From Thermoanaerobaculia bacterium (GTDB taxonomy: Bacteria; Acidobacteriota; Thermoanaerobaculia; Multivoradales; UBA5704), in contig JBBRUC010000003.1 of NCBI GenBank assembly GCA_038248205.1, positions 596 to 64,595 on the forward strand: a stretch of 64,000 bases of DNA, read 5' to 3'. Below are positions 40,162 to 48,781 of this stretch, piece by piece (position 1 is the first letter of the stretch; every line of letters begins with the position of its first letter). The translations under genes and the position numbers were made by a program. Under the pieces are notes generated by a model. It made no database searches and was not told where the DNA came from. It saw nothing but the letters and a program-made list of their open reading frames with translations.

Positions 40162-41358
40162 ATGAGCTTCGCACCGTCCGGACGCCCCGTTTCCGAAATC
40201 CTCGAAGATACCTATGCCGGCCGCCGCATCTCGGCCGGCGATGCCCATACGCTGTTGCTCGACGGCGACCTGTTGGAGTTGGGAGAGGCCGCCAACGAGG
40301 TCCGCAACCGGTGGAACGACCCAGAGGTCGCCACCTACAACGTCGACCGCAACATCAATTACACCAACATTTGCGTCTACAAGTGCCGGTTCTGCGCGTT
40401 CTACCGCGCGCCCGGCGATCCGGAAGGGTACCTTCTGTCGAACGAAGAGATCGGCAAGAAGATCGAAGAGACGATCGCCCTAAACGGCACCGGCATCCTG
40501 ATGCAGGGGGGCGTCCACCCGGATCTGCCACTCTCCTACTACGAGGATCTGCTGCGCTTCTTGAAGGAGCGCTACCCGAGCGTCCACCTCCACGCGTTCT
40601 CGCCGCCCGAGGTGAAGTTCATCGCCAAGAAGGAGCGGATGAGCTTCTACGACGTGATCGCCCGCCTCAAAGCCGCGGGCCTCCAGTCGATCCCCGGCGG
40701 CGGCGCCGAGATCCTTTCGGATCAGATCCGCAAAGAGGTTTTGGCCTACCCGAAGTGCTCGTCGGACGAATGGATCGACATCATGCGCCAGGCCCACGCC
40801 AACGGCCTGCGCACCTCGGCGACGATGATGTACGGCATGGGCGAAACGATCGAAGCGCGCATCGAGCACCTCCAGCGCGTCCGCGACCTGCAAGACGAGA
40901 CGGGCGGCTTCACCGCCTTCATCTCCTGGACCTTCCAGCACGAGCACACGGACCTGCCCGACATCCCGGAGACCTACGCCGAAGAATACCTGCGCACGCT
41001 GGCGGTCACCCGGCTGTTCTTCGACAACGTCGTCCACCTCCAGACCAGCTGGGTCACCCAAGGCAAAAAGATCGGCCAGCTCGCCCTCTCCTTCGGCGCC
41101 GATGACATGGGCTCGATCATGATCGAAGAAAACGTCGTCTCCTCCGCCGGCACCGCCTACCGCATGAGCCAGGACGAGATGGAACACCTGATCGAATCGG
41201 GCGGCTATATCCCCAAGCAGCGCACCAACCTCTACGAACGAATCGTCAGCCGAGAAGATACGGCGGATCTGGCGAAGCAGTACCGGCATGCTTTGACACC
41301 GGCCAACCGGGATCTTGTCTCCGGGCAGGTCGGGGCGCTGCTGCCGGTCTTGAGCTAG
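40162..41358 (+). CDS. radical SAM enzyme of the futalosine pathway (MqnC/MqnE family)
   Basis: NVDRNINYTNICVYKCRFCAFYR is the CxxxCxxC cluster motif of MqnC/MqnE. GILMQGGVHPDL and TATMMYGMGET are also present. I cannot discriminate C from E by eye. Confidence 0.85.
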   Translation: MSFAPSGRPVSEILEDTYAGRRISAGDAHTLLLDGDLLELGEAANEVRNRWNDPEVATYNVDRNINYTNICVYKCRFCAFYRAPGDPEGYLLSNEEIGKKIEETIALNGTGILMQGGVHPDLPLSYYEDLLRFLKERYPSVHLHAFSPPEVKFIAKKERMSFYDVIARLKAAGLQSIPGGGAEILSDQIRKEVLAYPKCSSDEWIDIMRQAHANGLRTSATMMYGMGETIEARIEHLQRVRDLQDETGGFTAFISWTFQHEHTDLPDIPETYAEEYLRTLAVTRLFFDNVVHLQTSWVTQGKKIGQLALSFGADDMGSIMIEENVVSSAGTAYRMSQDEMEHLIESGGYIPKQRTNLYERIVSREDTADLAKQYRHALTPANRDLVSGQVGALLPVLS

Positions 41359-41373
41359 TCCCAAGGAGATCCT

Positions 41374-42030
41374 ATGAACCATCCCGAACGAAGATTTCTC
41401 CGTCTGTTCGCCTCCTGGGCGGCGACGACGTTGATCGCAGTAAGCACCGGATGGGCGGCGCAGGCCCCGGAGCCGGCGCCCGAACTCTCGGCCGCCGCTC
41501 CGGCGCCGCATGCGCTTCCCTCCGTCACCGGCACCATCGTTAAAGCCAACGCTTCGCGGATCGACCTCAAGCTCAAGGACGGGAAGACCCAAAAGGTCGC
41601 CATCAACAAGGATACGCAGCAGCTGGTGGAGTTGGAAAAAGGCGTCGAGGTGACTGTCGAGTTCCGCCGCAGGATCAGCACTTTCATCATCGCCGAGCGG
41701 GTCCTCCCGGCCCAAGACCCAGTGACGGAACCGGTGCCGGCTCCCGTCCTCCAGACCGCGATGGCGACCGGCAAGATTCTGTCCGCCTCCAGCGCGTCTC
41801 TCGTGCTGCGCACCGAAGAAGGGGACGTCACCTTCTACCTCGTCCCCACCACCGAAATCCTGATCCAGCCCCTCCTGCCCGAACTGCGGGTCACCGTGGA
41901 ATATCGGGAAGACGCGAACCAGACCAAAGTGGCGGTACGCATCGTGGCTGCCGCGGCCGAGGAACCGACAGACCTTCCCGGCAATGTCGAGCCGCCGCCC
42001 ACCCCAGTCGAGCCGCCGCCCAACCGATAG
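41374..42030 (+). CDS. secreted hypothetical protein with internal duplication
   Basis: The signal peptide ends ...AVSTGWAAQA. Two ~60-aa repeats each end in VTVE(F/Y)R. The tail is Pro-rich. Confidence 0.55.
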   Translation: MNHPERRFLRLFASWAATTLIAVSTGWAAQAPEPAPELSAAAPAPHALPSVTGTIVKANASRIDLKLKDGKTQKVAINKDTQQLVELEKGVEVTVEFRRRISTFIIAERVLPAQDPVTEPVPAPVLQTAMATGKILSASSASLVLRTEEGDVTFYLVPTTEILIQPLLPELRVTVEYREDANQTKVAVRIVAAAAEEPTDLPGNVEPPPTPVEPPPNR

Positions 42031-42050
42031 GCGCTTCCGGCACGGTCGGG

Positions 42051-42338
42051 ATGCTTGGGGAAAGGCTCAATGACGAGGCCGGGTGTACTGCGCCACCTCT
42101 GGCTCAGCCCAGTGATGATCTGGCTCAGTTCAGTGGTGACCTGGGACAGCTCAGCAGTGATTTGAGCCAGATAAGTAGTGATCTGAGTCAGATCGGTAGT
42201 GACCTAGGCGAGCTAAGTAGTGATCTGGGCCAGATCTGTGGTGATCTGGGCCAGCTAAGTAGTGATCTGGGCCAGCTAAGTGGTGATCTGGTCCAGCTGA
42301 GTGGTGATCTGGTTCAGCTCAGTGGTGATCTGGTCTAG
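42051..42338 (+). CDS. possible heptad-repeat (S-x-D-L-x-Q-hydrophobic) small protein, ends at in-frame TAG inside the repeat array
   Basis: The 21-bp repeats are in frame. Differences between units are synonymous or conservative in this frame only: Asp gat/gac, Leu ctg/ttg/cta, Ser agt/agc, Val gtc/gtt, and F/L/I at position 7. The opposite-strand frame acquires stops. Confidence 0.35.
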   Translation: MLGERLNDEAGCTAPPLAQPSDDLAQFSGDLGQLSSDLSQISSDLSQIGSDLGELSSDLGQICGDLGQLSSDLGQLSGDLVQLSGDLVQLSGDLV

Positions 42339-42379
42339 CTGAGTGGTGATCCGGTCCAGCTCAGTGGTGATCTGGACCC
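42090..42379 (+). repeat. tandem array of ~13 copies of a 21-bp unit (consensus agtggtgatctgggccagctc)
   Basis: Units were counted by hand from 42111 in exact 21-nt register (U1 42111-42131 through U13 42363-42379). A degenerate copy lies at 42090-42110. The 3' copies are more homogeneous than the 5' copies. Confidence 0.95.
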
Positions 42380-42821
42380 ATTGCGGCGCCCGCAACTGCT
42401 TCATTCTGAATACTTTCCCGGGGACACGAACCGCCTGGCGGAGGCGGCGCCGCTGATGCTTAGGGTGCTGGCGATCCTCCTCGGGTATCGCCGATCGGGT
42501 CCAACACGGCCACACGTTTCTCGACCGCGATGTCGCCGGAACGAGAAATCGGCCCCTGACGGGCCGGCTTCTGCGTCGAACTCTGCCGCTCCCCGCGGCC
42601 CGTGGCGCCCGTCCGCCCCCTCCCCAAAAAAGAATCTTCGCGGCGCTATCGTTTTACCGGACACCTCTCCCTTAGGGTTCGTCCTGTGATGAGAACGACG
42701 GCAAGCCCAGGTCCTTCGGACACTCGCCGCGCAGCTTGGCTGGCGGCACTTTTGGGCGGTTCCCCGACTCATCGGTAGGGCGGTACCCGCTCGGCCGGAA
42801 TTTCCCGGCTGGGCAATTTAG

Positions 42822-43169
42822 ATGGAGGTGCTCGTCATGAACTCCCGCGTTGCTCCTGTGCCCACTCAGTCCCTGACCCCCGTCCCGACCCGCCTCAAGG
42901 CGGAGCGGATCCAACTGCGGCAGATGCCCGGCTGGAATCTTTCCCACAACAAGCGGCAGCTGCGGCGCTCGTTCCGCTTCCCGACCCAGAAGGCGGCGGT
43001 CGCGTTTCTGCAGCTTGCGCTCGCGACGGCGGAGGGCAGTCCCGGCTGCCACCGGGGTCCGACGTTCGTGTTTTGCGGCGAGGTGGTCACGGTGACCTTC
43101 TCGGCCCAGGGCCGGGCGGTCACTCGGGCGGAACTCGATCTCGCGAAGTCCGTCAGCCTTGCGGCTTGA
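42822..43169 (+). CDS. pterin-4a-carbinolamine dehydratase (PCD/DCoH)-like protein, catalytic HHP motif altered
   Basis: LRQMPGWNL...LRRSFRFPTQKAAVAFLQLALATAEG...VTVTF parallels the PhhB layout (IPDWN, F.F..F..A.AF, AE..HHP, VTVT). CHRGP replaces HHP. Confidence 0.5.
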   Translation: MEVLVMNSRVAPVPTQSLTPVPTRLKAERIQLRQMPGWNLSHNKRQLRRSFRFPTQKAAVAFLQLALATAEGSPGCHRGPTFVFCGEVVTVTFSAQGRAVTRAELDLAKSVSLAA

Positions 43170-43242
43170 GCCTCAGGGTATCCACGCAGCAGCCAACGAC
43201 CCGACCGCATTTCGCGGTCGGAAACAAGAAAGGAGAATCGCC

Positions 43243-43605
43243 GTGCCTGATCTTTCGTATGCCGACAAAATCAACACCTGGCAGATCACCGTCCAGAACA
43301 TCCAGGCGGTACTGCCCGACATCCCGGGGGTCGATCCGACGTTTACCGACCTCCGGCAGAAAGTCACCGAGCTGCGCACCGCTCACGACACCGTCCAGAT
43401 GCTCACCGGCAAGCTGCGCGATGCGGTGGTCGCGCGTCGCAAGCTGGATAGCGACACCCGCCGGTCGGCGCGCCGCCTCGCGGCGGTCGCCCGCGGCCAA
43501 CTGGGTTTCGACAATCCGATTCTGGAGACCTTCAAGGTTCGCACGGAAGGCATCCGGAACCGGAAGAAGACGGCAACCCCGAAACCGGAGGTGATCGCCG
43601 CCTAG
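43243..43605 (+). CDS. hypothetical helical protein
   Basis: A GTG start at 43243 lies 5 nt after the strong SD aaaggag. The protein is 120 aa. I recognise no family. Confidence 0.45.
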   Translation: MPDLSYADKINTWQITVQNIQAVLPDIPGVDPTFTDLRQKVTELRTAHDTVQMLTGKLRDAVVARRKLDSDTRRSARRLAAVARGQLGFDNPILETFKVRTEGIRNRKKTATPKPEVIAA

Positions 43606-43689
43606 AGAAACTGGAGTAGTACGTGCCGTGCGAAGGTCTTCCGGGGACCGTTCGTACGACCGGTAGGACATACCGAAGGCGCAGCAAAA

Positions 43690-43711
43690 AGTTGGAGGTG
43701 CACCTCCAACT
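43690..43711. repeat. perfect 22-bp palindrome agttggaggtgcacctccaact
   Basis: Read directly from the sequence. It lies in the AT-richer spacer between two small hypothetical genes. It could be a hairpin terminator or an operator. Confidence 0.6.
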
Positions 43712-43940
43712 GTCGAAGTTCTCACTTTCCGAGCCGAAGTTCTCGATCTCAGGTGCTGTTCAGAGGTGACAAATGCGCCGTGATGGCTTACGATCGTTGT
43801 CGGCAGAAAGATAGGGTCAGCAACGGCAAGATCGATGCAGGATCAGTCTTATCCTGTATCAGAGAAAAAAATTTACCGCTTCAGGGTGAAGCACCACCCA
43901 TGAACCTGGATCTACGACGAGACTGCGGCGAGGCGAACCC

Positions 43941-44330
43941 ATGAAGACTGTCGAGCTCAAGAAGCACCGCAAGCTGCTTCGGTCGAATGTGGATGACTTT
44001 GATGCGATCAAGGCTGCCCTGGACGCGGCGGGCCATGCTTTGAAGAGCGTCCCGGGTATGCGACAAAAGCTCCAGCTGCTCAAGGTGGCCGACGAAGCGC
44101 TCCAAAACCTTGGAAACACGGTTTCGATCGTCATTGAGCTGACCGACGAGCTTGAGTGGCTCCAGGAAATCGTCGATGCCTATCGCGAATCGATCAAAGA
44201 TACTGGAGCCACGATCCGGTTCGATCGCGACATCGGATCAGGAAAGGTCACCGTGAGAATTGGGCCGCCTGGGCCTTGCAATTCCGCTGATGAGGCGGGA
44301 ATGGCCTGCGAAACGTTTGGCGCTGTCTAA
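43941..44330 (+). CDS. hypothetical protein
   Basis: 129-aa ORF in a lower-GC context with plausible helical sequence. I recognise no family. Confidence 0.4.
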   Translation: MKTVELKKHRKLLRSNVDDFDAIKAALDAAGHALKSVPGMRQKLQLLKVADEALQNLGNTVSIVIELTDELEWLQEIVDAYRESIKDTGATIRFDRDIGSGKVTVRIGPPGPCNSADEAGMACETFGAV

Positions 44331-44433
44331 GGTGGCGACGGCCAGACACACAGCGTGCCGCCTGGCGCTAGGACCGTGCCTTGCAAGAAAACAGGGAGCG
44401 TCAATGAATCTCGATTGTTGAATCGGAGCGTGG

Positions 44434-44462
44434 TTGTTACAGTGTAAGTGTGCATCTATATG
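44434..44462 (+). promoter_or_regulatory. possible sigma-70-type promoter of vapB
   Basis: TTGTTA, then 17 nt, then TATATG, ending 10 nt before the vapB ATG. The spacer holds a direct repeat, cAGTGTaAGTGTg. The call is weak and made by eye only. Confidence 0.3.
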
Positions 44463-44471
44463 TGAGGACGC

Positions 44472-44726
44472 ATGGCTCTCAACATCAGACATCGTGAGAC
44501 GGAAGAACTGGCCCAAGCGCTGGCCAGCCTTACCGGCGAGACGAAGACCGAGGCGGTCCGGCGTGCTCTTCGCGACCAGTTGGTGCGGATTCAGCGTGAG
44601 CGGAAAGAGCGCCGCCTTGCCGACGAGCTCGATGAGATCGCTGTCCATTGTGCCAATCTGCCGGTACTCGACTCGCGGCCGGCTGATGAGATCTTGGGGT
44701 ACGACGAAAACGGCCTGCCCAGCTAA
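44472..44726 (+). CDS. vapB: type II antitoxin VapB (Rv0623-like / PSK family)
   Basis: MALNIRHRETEELAQALASLTGETKTEAVRRALRDQL matches the Rv0623-like antitoxin N-terminus. The stop overlaps the vapC ATG (TAATG). Confidence 0.8.
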   Translation: MALNIRHRETEELAQALASLTGETKTEAVRRALRDQLVRIQRERKERRLADELDEIAVHCANLPVLDSRPADEILGYDENGLPS

Positions 44727-45019
44727 TGGTGATCGATACCTCGGCCTTGGTCGCAATTCTCCAGGATGAGCCGGAACGCCGTACGTTCAACGAGGCGATC
44801 GAGGCGGCCTCGTCGAGGAAGATCTCGGTGGCGAGCTTCGTCGAGTGTTCGCTGGTGATCGAGTCCCGCCAGGGCGCCGAGGGGTTGCGCGATCTCGATT
44901 ACTTTCTCGAACAGGCAGGGATCAGTCTGGTCGCCGTCGACGCCGAGCAAGGGAAGGCGGCACGCCGGGCGTTCAGCCGGTTCGGCAAAGGGCGCCCCTC
45001 CCGGCGCTCTCACCACTGA
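44726..45019 (+). pseudogene. vapC: truncated/decayed PIN-domain toxin VapC
   Basis: MVIDTSALVAILQDEPE...FGKGR is a normal PIN N-terminal two-thirds. The ORF then stops at 97 aa. A shifted frame still reads a degraded ...PALSPLNGFGVAAQ... remnant of the expected LNFGDC segment. The last conserved acidic residues are missing. Confidence 0.65.
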
Positions 45020-45729
45020 ATGGTTTCGGAGTTGCCGCCCAGACCTACGACAAGTAGAGAGCCGTGAAGGCCGTGATCTGTGACGACCCCTCGAACCGAT
45101 ACCGGAGGAACGGCAGTGCGGACGGCCGAGTCGACGTACTGCCTCAGCCTGGCCAATTGCCGTAGGTCGCCGCCGACCGTGATTTGAACTTGTGCTGAGT
45201 CGAGTCCCCCGGTCGTGATCGCGCCAGAAAACGGTACCACCTCACCATGGGAAAGCTGCCCGGTCTGTTCATCGTAATAGCTGTCGTGAAGCAAGCCCTG
45301 TACGGGCCCTACGACCCAACCACCAGACTGTTCGAGTGCATCGATCAGAGAGGCGACATAAGGATTGCGTCCCTCTAGAACCTGCGCCATCGCACGACCC
45401 TTGGACAGAGCTTCCGAATCGGCAGCGAGCTGCCGGTCCGAGGTATCGGCAGCGGCACACCGGGCCGAAGGATTCTTCGCCGGCCCTGAGACTCGACACC
45501 AAGAAGAATAGGTCTCGCCCGACCATGGCAGGGCCGCGCTCTGACACTGGCAGAATCCCTCTGTGGAAACCGCTTCTCCGCAACTCACTTGCCTGCAATC
45601 CTTCCCGTTACAGCTCTGTAAGCAAGCGGCGCCGTCGGCTTTTGTAGGCAGAGGCGTATACGCTAGGGTTACCAGCAAGATCGCCGAAATCCTTGGAAAA
45701 CTTAGAGATCGAAACGATCTAGCGCTCAT
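45010..45729 (-). CDS. secreted cysteine-rich hypothetical protein
   Basis: The start is taken at Met 45729 (MSARSFRSLSFPRISAILLVTLAYTPLPTKADG signal). The N-terminal module is Cys-rich (CLQSCNGKDCRQVSCGE...CQCQ). It is the last gene of a three-gene minus-strand operon. Confidence 0.5.
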   Translation of the reverse strand: MSARSFRSLSFPRISAILLVTLAYTPLPTKADGAACLQSCNGKDCRQVSCGEAVSTEGFCQCQSAALPWSGETYSSWCRVSGPAKNPSARCAAADTSDRQLAADSEALSKGRAMAQVLEGRNPYVASLIDALEQSGGWVVGPVQGLLHDSYYDEQTGQLSHGEVVPFSGAITTGGLDSAQVQITVGGDLRQLARLRQYVDSAVRTAVPPVSVRGVVTDHGLHGSLLVVGLGGNSETIQW

Positions 45730-47035
45730 TTGGTTCCCCGCTCGCGTTGGGCGCGTTGTTCTGCGCTGCCTTTTGAAGGGACTGCGCATCGTCCGGCGTC
45801 ACCGTGATTAAGCTGAAACGGCCTCCAAAAACCTGATCGTGCCGGGTGGGCCAAGCGATGACTCCGCGGCCTGTGCTGTTGATCGCCAGAACGGGTCCGG
45901 CCGATATCTGATCCGCCGCTACGAGGATCGGCTCTCCCAAACGTGTACCGGAAGCATTGATTTGGCGCAGATAGACCGCTGCTGTTGCGCCGCCTTGTGA
46001 GAAAACAAGCCACGAAGCAAGGAACCCTCCGTCGCCGGTGTTTTCGAGAATCGTCGTGCTGATCGGATCGCTGCCGGTCTCAGCGATTACCATCGGTGAA
46101 GCTGTAGGCATACCACTGCGATTATAAGGTCGCATGAGAAACCGGAAGTCGCCTGCCTCGAACCCCTCGATCCAACTCAGCAAGTAGGATCCATTGCCAC
46201 GGAGGCCGACGTGAAAGCTTACCGCTCGGTCAGGTCCAGAGGAGAGTTGCTGGATTCCCTTGGTCGAGAAGGCTTTGAGGACACGACCGGCTCGATCGAA
46301 TACTTGAACGCCTCGCAGGCAGGGTCGCTGCGACCAAGGACTCCCAGGGCACTGGAGCGAGACCACGAGAAACCGCCCGTTGCCATTGATCGCCAAAGCT
46401 TCGATTTCGATCGTTCGATTCGCCGAGATCGGTTTAAGGTCGAACGCGGCTCCCAAGGGATGGGCTCGCCGGTCGAAAACCTGGACGATCGGCTTGAAGA
46501 TCGGACGGTCCGAGCTGTCGGTCCCGACTTGGCGGAAAACCAGAGGCAAGATAGGGTGGCTCGGTTCAGGTGCAAATCGGTACCAGCGAGGGAAGTAGGA
46601 TGCCTCCGAGCGCGGCCAGGAGAACGGTCGGCCTAGGCGCTCGCCCTGAGAGTCGTAAAACCCGGACGTCGTCACCCCACGGAAATTCTCCCAGGTTACG
46701 AAGTAGCGGTCACCCACCGACCCCACGCCGCCCCGCGGAACATAGGAATTGCCTCCGGGAGAAACCGGCTCCCCCAGGGGCATGCCCTCCGGGCTATAGA
46801 ACTGCACGGCGAAACGAAACCGCGGATTGCCTGGCTGGAAGGGCCGAACCTCGTTCGCTCCGATCGCGAAGCTCCCATCCTCCAGCATGGCAATGCTGAG
46901 CGAGAAGGGATCGCTGGTTCGCAAGAGTGCGATATCCTGTGAAGGAGCGACCGCGACTTCGGCTCGAGCGTTGCGCGAGCCGATTGCGAAAAGCACCAGA
47001 ACGGAAAGAAGCGCGAGGCTTTGCCGACGAGTCAT
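45719..47035 (-). CDS. secreted repeat (beta-propeller-like) hypothetical protein
   Basis: The signal peptide is MTRRQSLALLSVLVLFAIGSRNARA. There are recurring DG.F.. / VQ(F/V)(Y/F)...G..LG modules. Confidence 0.6.
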   Translation of the reverse strand: MTRRQSLALLSVLVLFAIGSRNARAEVAVAPSQDIALLRTSDPFSLSIAMLEDGSFAIGANEVRPFQPGNPRFRFAVQFYSPEGMPLGEPVSPGGNSYVPRGGVGSVGDRYFVTWENFRGVTTSGFYDSQGERLGRPFSWPRSEASYFPRWYRFAPEPSHPILPLVFRQVGTDSSDRPIFKPIVQVFDRRAHPLGAAFDLKPISANRTIEIEALAINGNGRFLVVSLQCPGSPWSQRPCLRGVQVFDRAGRVLKAFSTKGIQQLSSGPDRAVSFHVGLRGNGSYLLSWIEGFEAGDFRFLMRPYNRSGMPTASPMVIAETGSDPISTTILENTGDGGFLASWLVFSQGGATAAVYLRQINASGTRLGEPILVAADQISAGPVLAINSTGRGVIAWPTRHDQVFGGRFSLITVTPDDAQSLQKAAQNNAPNASGEPNER

Positions 47036-47047
47036 TTTCAGCCTCTC

Positions 47048-48781
47048 CTAGAGCCCCGTGGGGCAGCTGTGGGTGACGAAGAACAACATGTCGTGAGTGA
47101 ATCGAGGGATTGTTACCGGGGTGTTCCAGATGCTGGTTGCGAGATTGCTCCGATAGGTTGACGCTTTTACGAGACCGGTTTTCGGATCAATCCATCTTTC
47201 AGCCCAGCAACCCGCCTGAGGAACTCGATATTGAAACGGTTGAGGGATCGGTGCAACCGGCAGGCGATATCCAGAGGTCGTTCCATTTCCACATAGCCTG
47301 GCCTGGTACGCGTCGAACTTTCCTCCAGACAGATCGCTCTGAAAAACTCCATGATGAACGTAGAGGGCGAAATCGGTGCCGGACTTCATGCTGGACCAAA
47401 AGATGCGCGCTCCAGACCCACCGCAATCGCCCTCATCCAAATTGCCCCACTGCGGTACGCCCCGGCACCAATCCGAAGAGCCGTTGCAGCTCGTCTGCTG
47501 CATGGCATCGAGGCTCTGAAGCCCGATGTTCCCCGAATAGATGGGGTTCAGGAAGGTAGTTAGAACGCCGAGCTGAGGAACCACTTTCTTGCTCTCTACG
47601 CCGGCCCGGTCAAGGGTATATCCGTCGAAGGCTCCACCTCCATTGAGCATGAATTCCCAGGCCTCGGAACGCACGCCATCAGCGGTTCGATAGAGAGGGT
47701 TAGTCGTTGAGACGCCGAGGATCGAGGCCCACCGGTTCTCATTGAAGGCCAACACTCGGGTGGCACGACCGCTGACGATCGAGGCGGTCGTGCTTAGCGC
47801 CGTTTCGATGGCGCCGTTGAGAGAGGAATCCCGGACCACCTGCGTGTAGTGCGAACTGGACATCTGGGATGCCGGTACGGTCCATGCGAACGACGAAGTC
47901 GTATGGCCGTTGATCTCGATCATGTGGGGGGGAGTGGAATCGTTGGCCTGGACAATCGCGAGCATCGCGTTCTGCCAGTCCATCACGTTCGCGATGGTGA
48001 CGCCCGTGATCGGGATGAAGTCAGGTTCGTTGGCGATCTCAAAGATTACGTTCGGATATTTTCGCAGAGCGAGGACGGTTCGTGCGACAGCGTCCTTTTG
48101 GGCGTTCCGGGTCAGTAAGTAGGTAGGGTCAGTCTTCGTCGTCGTGTTTTCGAACGAGGCGAAAAGGCGCCTTCCTGTACTGTTGGGAAACCCCAACTGG
48201 GTGCCCGAAGAGGGTGCTACCGTGTTAGCGCTATTGAACGGGCTGCTGGTCCACGGGTTGCACCATGGGTCGAGCAGCGTGACTTCGACAATGATGCCTC
48301 GGTTATAAGCCTCGCAGACTACTTTCTCCAGATTTGAGTAGAAGGTGGGATTTGCCTCGCTCAAATCCCATTTTCCATCCATCAGTATAAAAGGCTGCTC
48401 GTCGGGGTAAGGTGTCAAAGGGGGCATGCGGTCCGGAAAGGCGACGCCAGGACTGTTGTTGAGTACCGACCAGAGGCGAAGCAAGTTGTTCTTGTTGGCT
48501 TGCATCGTATTGAGAATCGCGACGTAGTTGTCCAGCGTACAGTACTGCGCCGCGCGATCGGGCTGAGTGACGTGACAGAGGTACTCGTTCGACTGACCCA
48601 GCAGCGGGATCGGAGCGCCGAGGTAGAAAGCATATCGATGGCTGGCGCTCCAGGTAACCGGATTACCGGGCACGGTGGTAGCTGCGGGACAGGCAACTCC
48701 ACGAGCAGGTTCGACCGAGCCTAGAAGGAACAGGAACGACACGAAGAGAGGGACGATCACTCGCTGACTTTGGTTGGTCAT
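47048..48781 (-). CDS. secreted TIM-barrel glycoside hydrolase-like protein (GH5-like, tentative)
   Basis: It has a signal peptide. NVIFEIANEPDF resembles the GH5 acid/base NEP motif. The family assignment is tentative. Confidence 0.55.
   Translation of the reverse strand: MTNQSQRVIVPLFVSFLFLLGSVEPARGVACPAATTVPGNPVTWSASHRYAFYLGAPIPLLGQSNEYLCHVTQPDRAAQYCTLDNYVAILNTMQANKNNLLRLWSVLNNSPGVAFPDRMPPLTPYPDEQPFILMDGKWDLSEANPTFYSNLEKVVCEAYNRGIIVEVTLLDPWCNPWTSSPFNSANTVAPSSGTQLGFPNSTGRRLFASFENTTTKTDPTYLLTRNAQKDAVARTVLALRKYPNVIFEIANEPDFIPITGVTIANVMDWQNAMLAIVQANDSTPPHMIEINGHTTSSFAWTVPASQMSSSHYTQVVRDSSLNGAIETALSTTASIVSGRATRVLAFNENRWASILGVSTTNPLYRTADGVRSEAWEFMLNGGGAFDGYTLDRAGVESKKVVPQLGVLTTFLNPIYSGNIGLQSLDAMQQTSCNGSSDWCRGVPQWGNLDEGDCGGSGARIFWSSMKSGTDFALYVHHGVFQSDLSGGKFDAYQARLCGNGTTSGYRLPVAPIPQPFQYRVPQAGCWAERWIDPKTGLVKASTYRSNLATSIWNTPVTIPRFTHDMLFFVTHSCPTGL

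Noticed and set aside
42090-42379. The 21-bp repeat array as a CRISPR array
   Set aside because: The repeats are directly contiguous with no spacers. The units are too short and diverge gradually. No cas genes are present in the window.
42111-42379. The cluster of GATC sites in the repeat units as a Dam/SeqA-type regulatory cluster
   Set aside because: GATC (often as cgatcg) is abundant throughout this GC-rich sequence. The enrichment simply follows from the repeat consensus gtgatctgg.
42401-42772. The 123-aa minus-strand ORF, and the 440-bp apparently gene-free stretch after the repeat array, as a gene
   Set aside because: The translation is Arg/Gly/Ser-rich with no motif, SD or start context. 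The region may hold a promoter or ncRNA, but I have no positive evidence.
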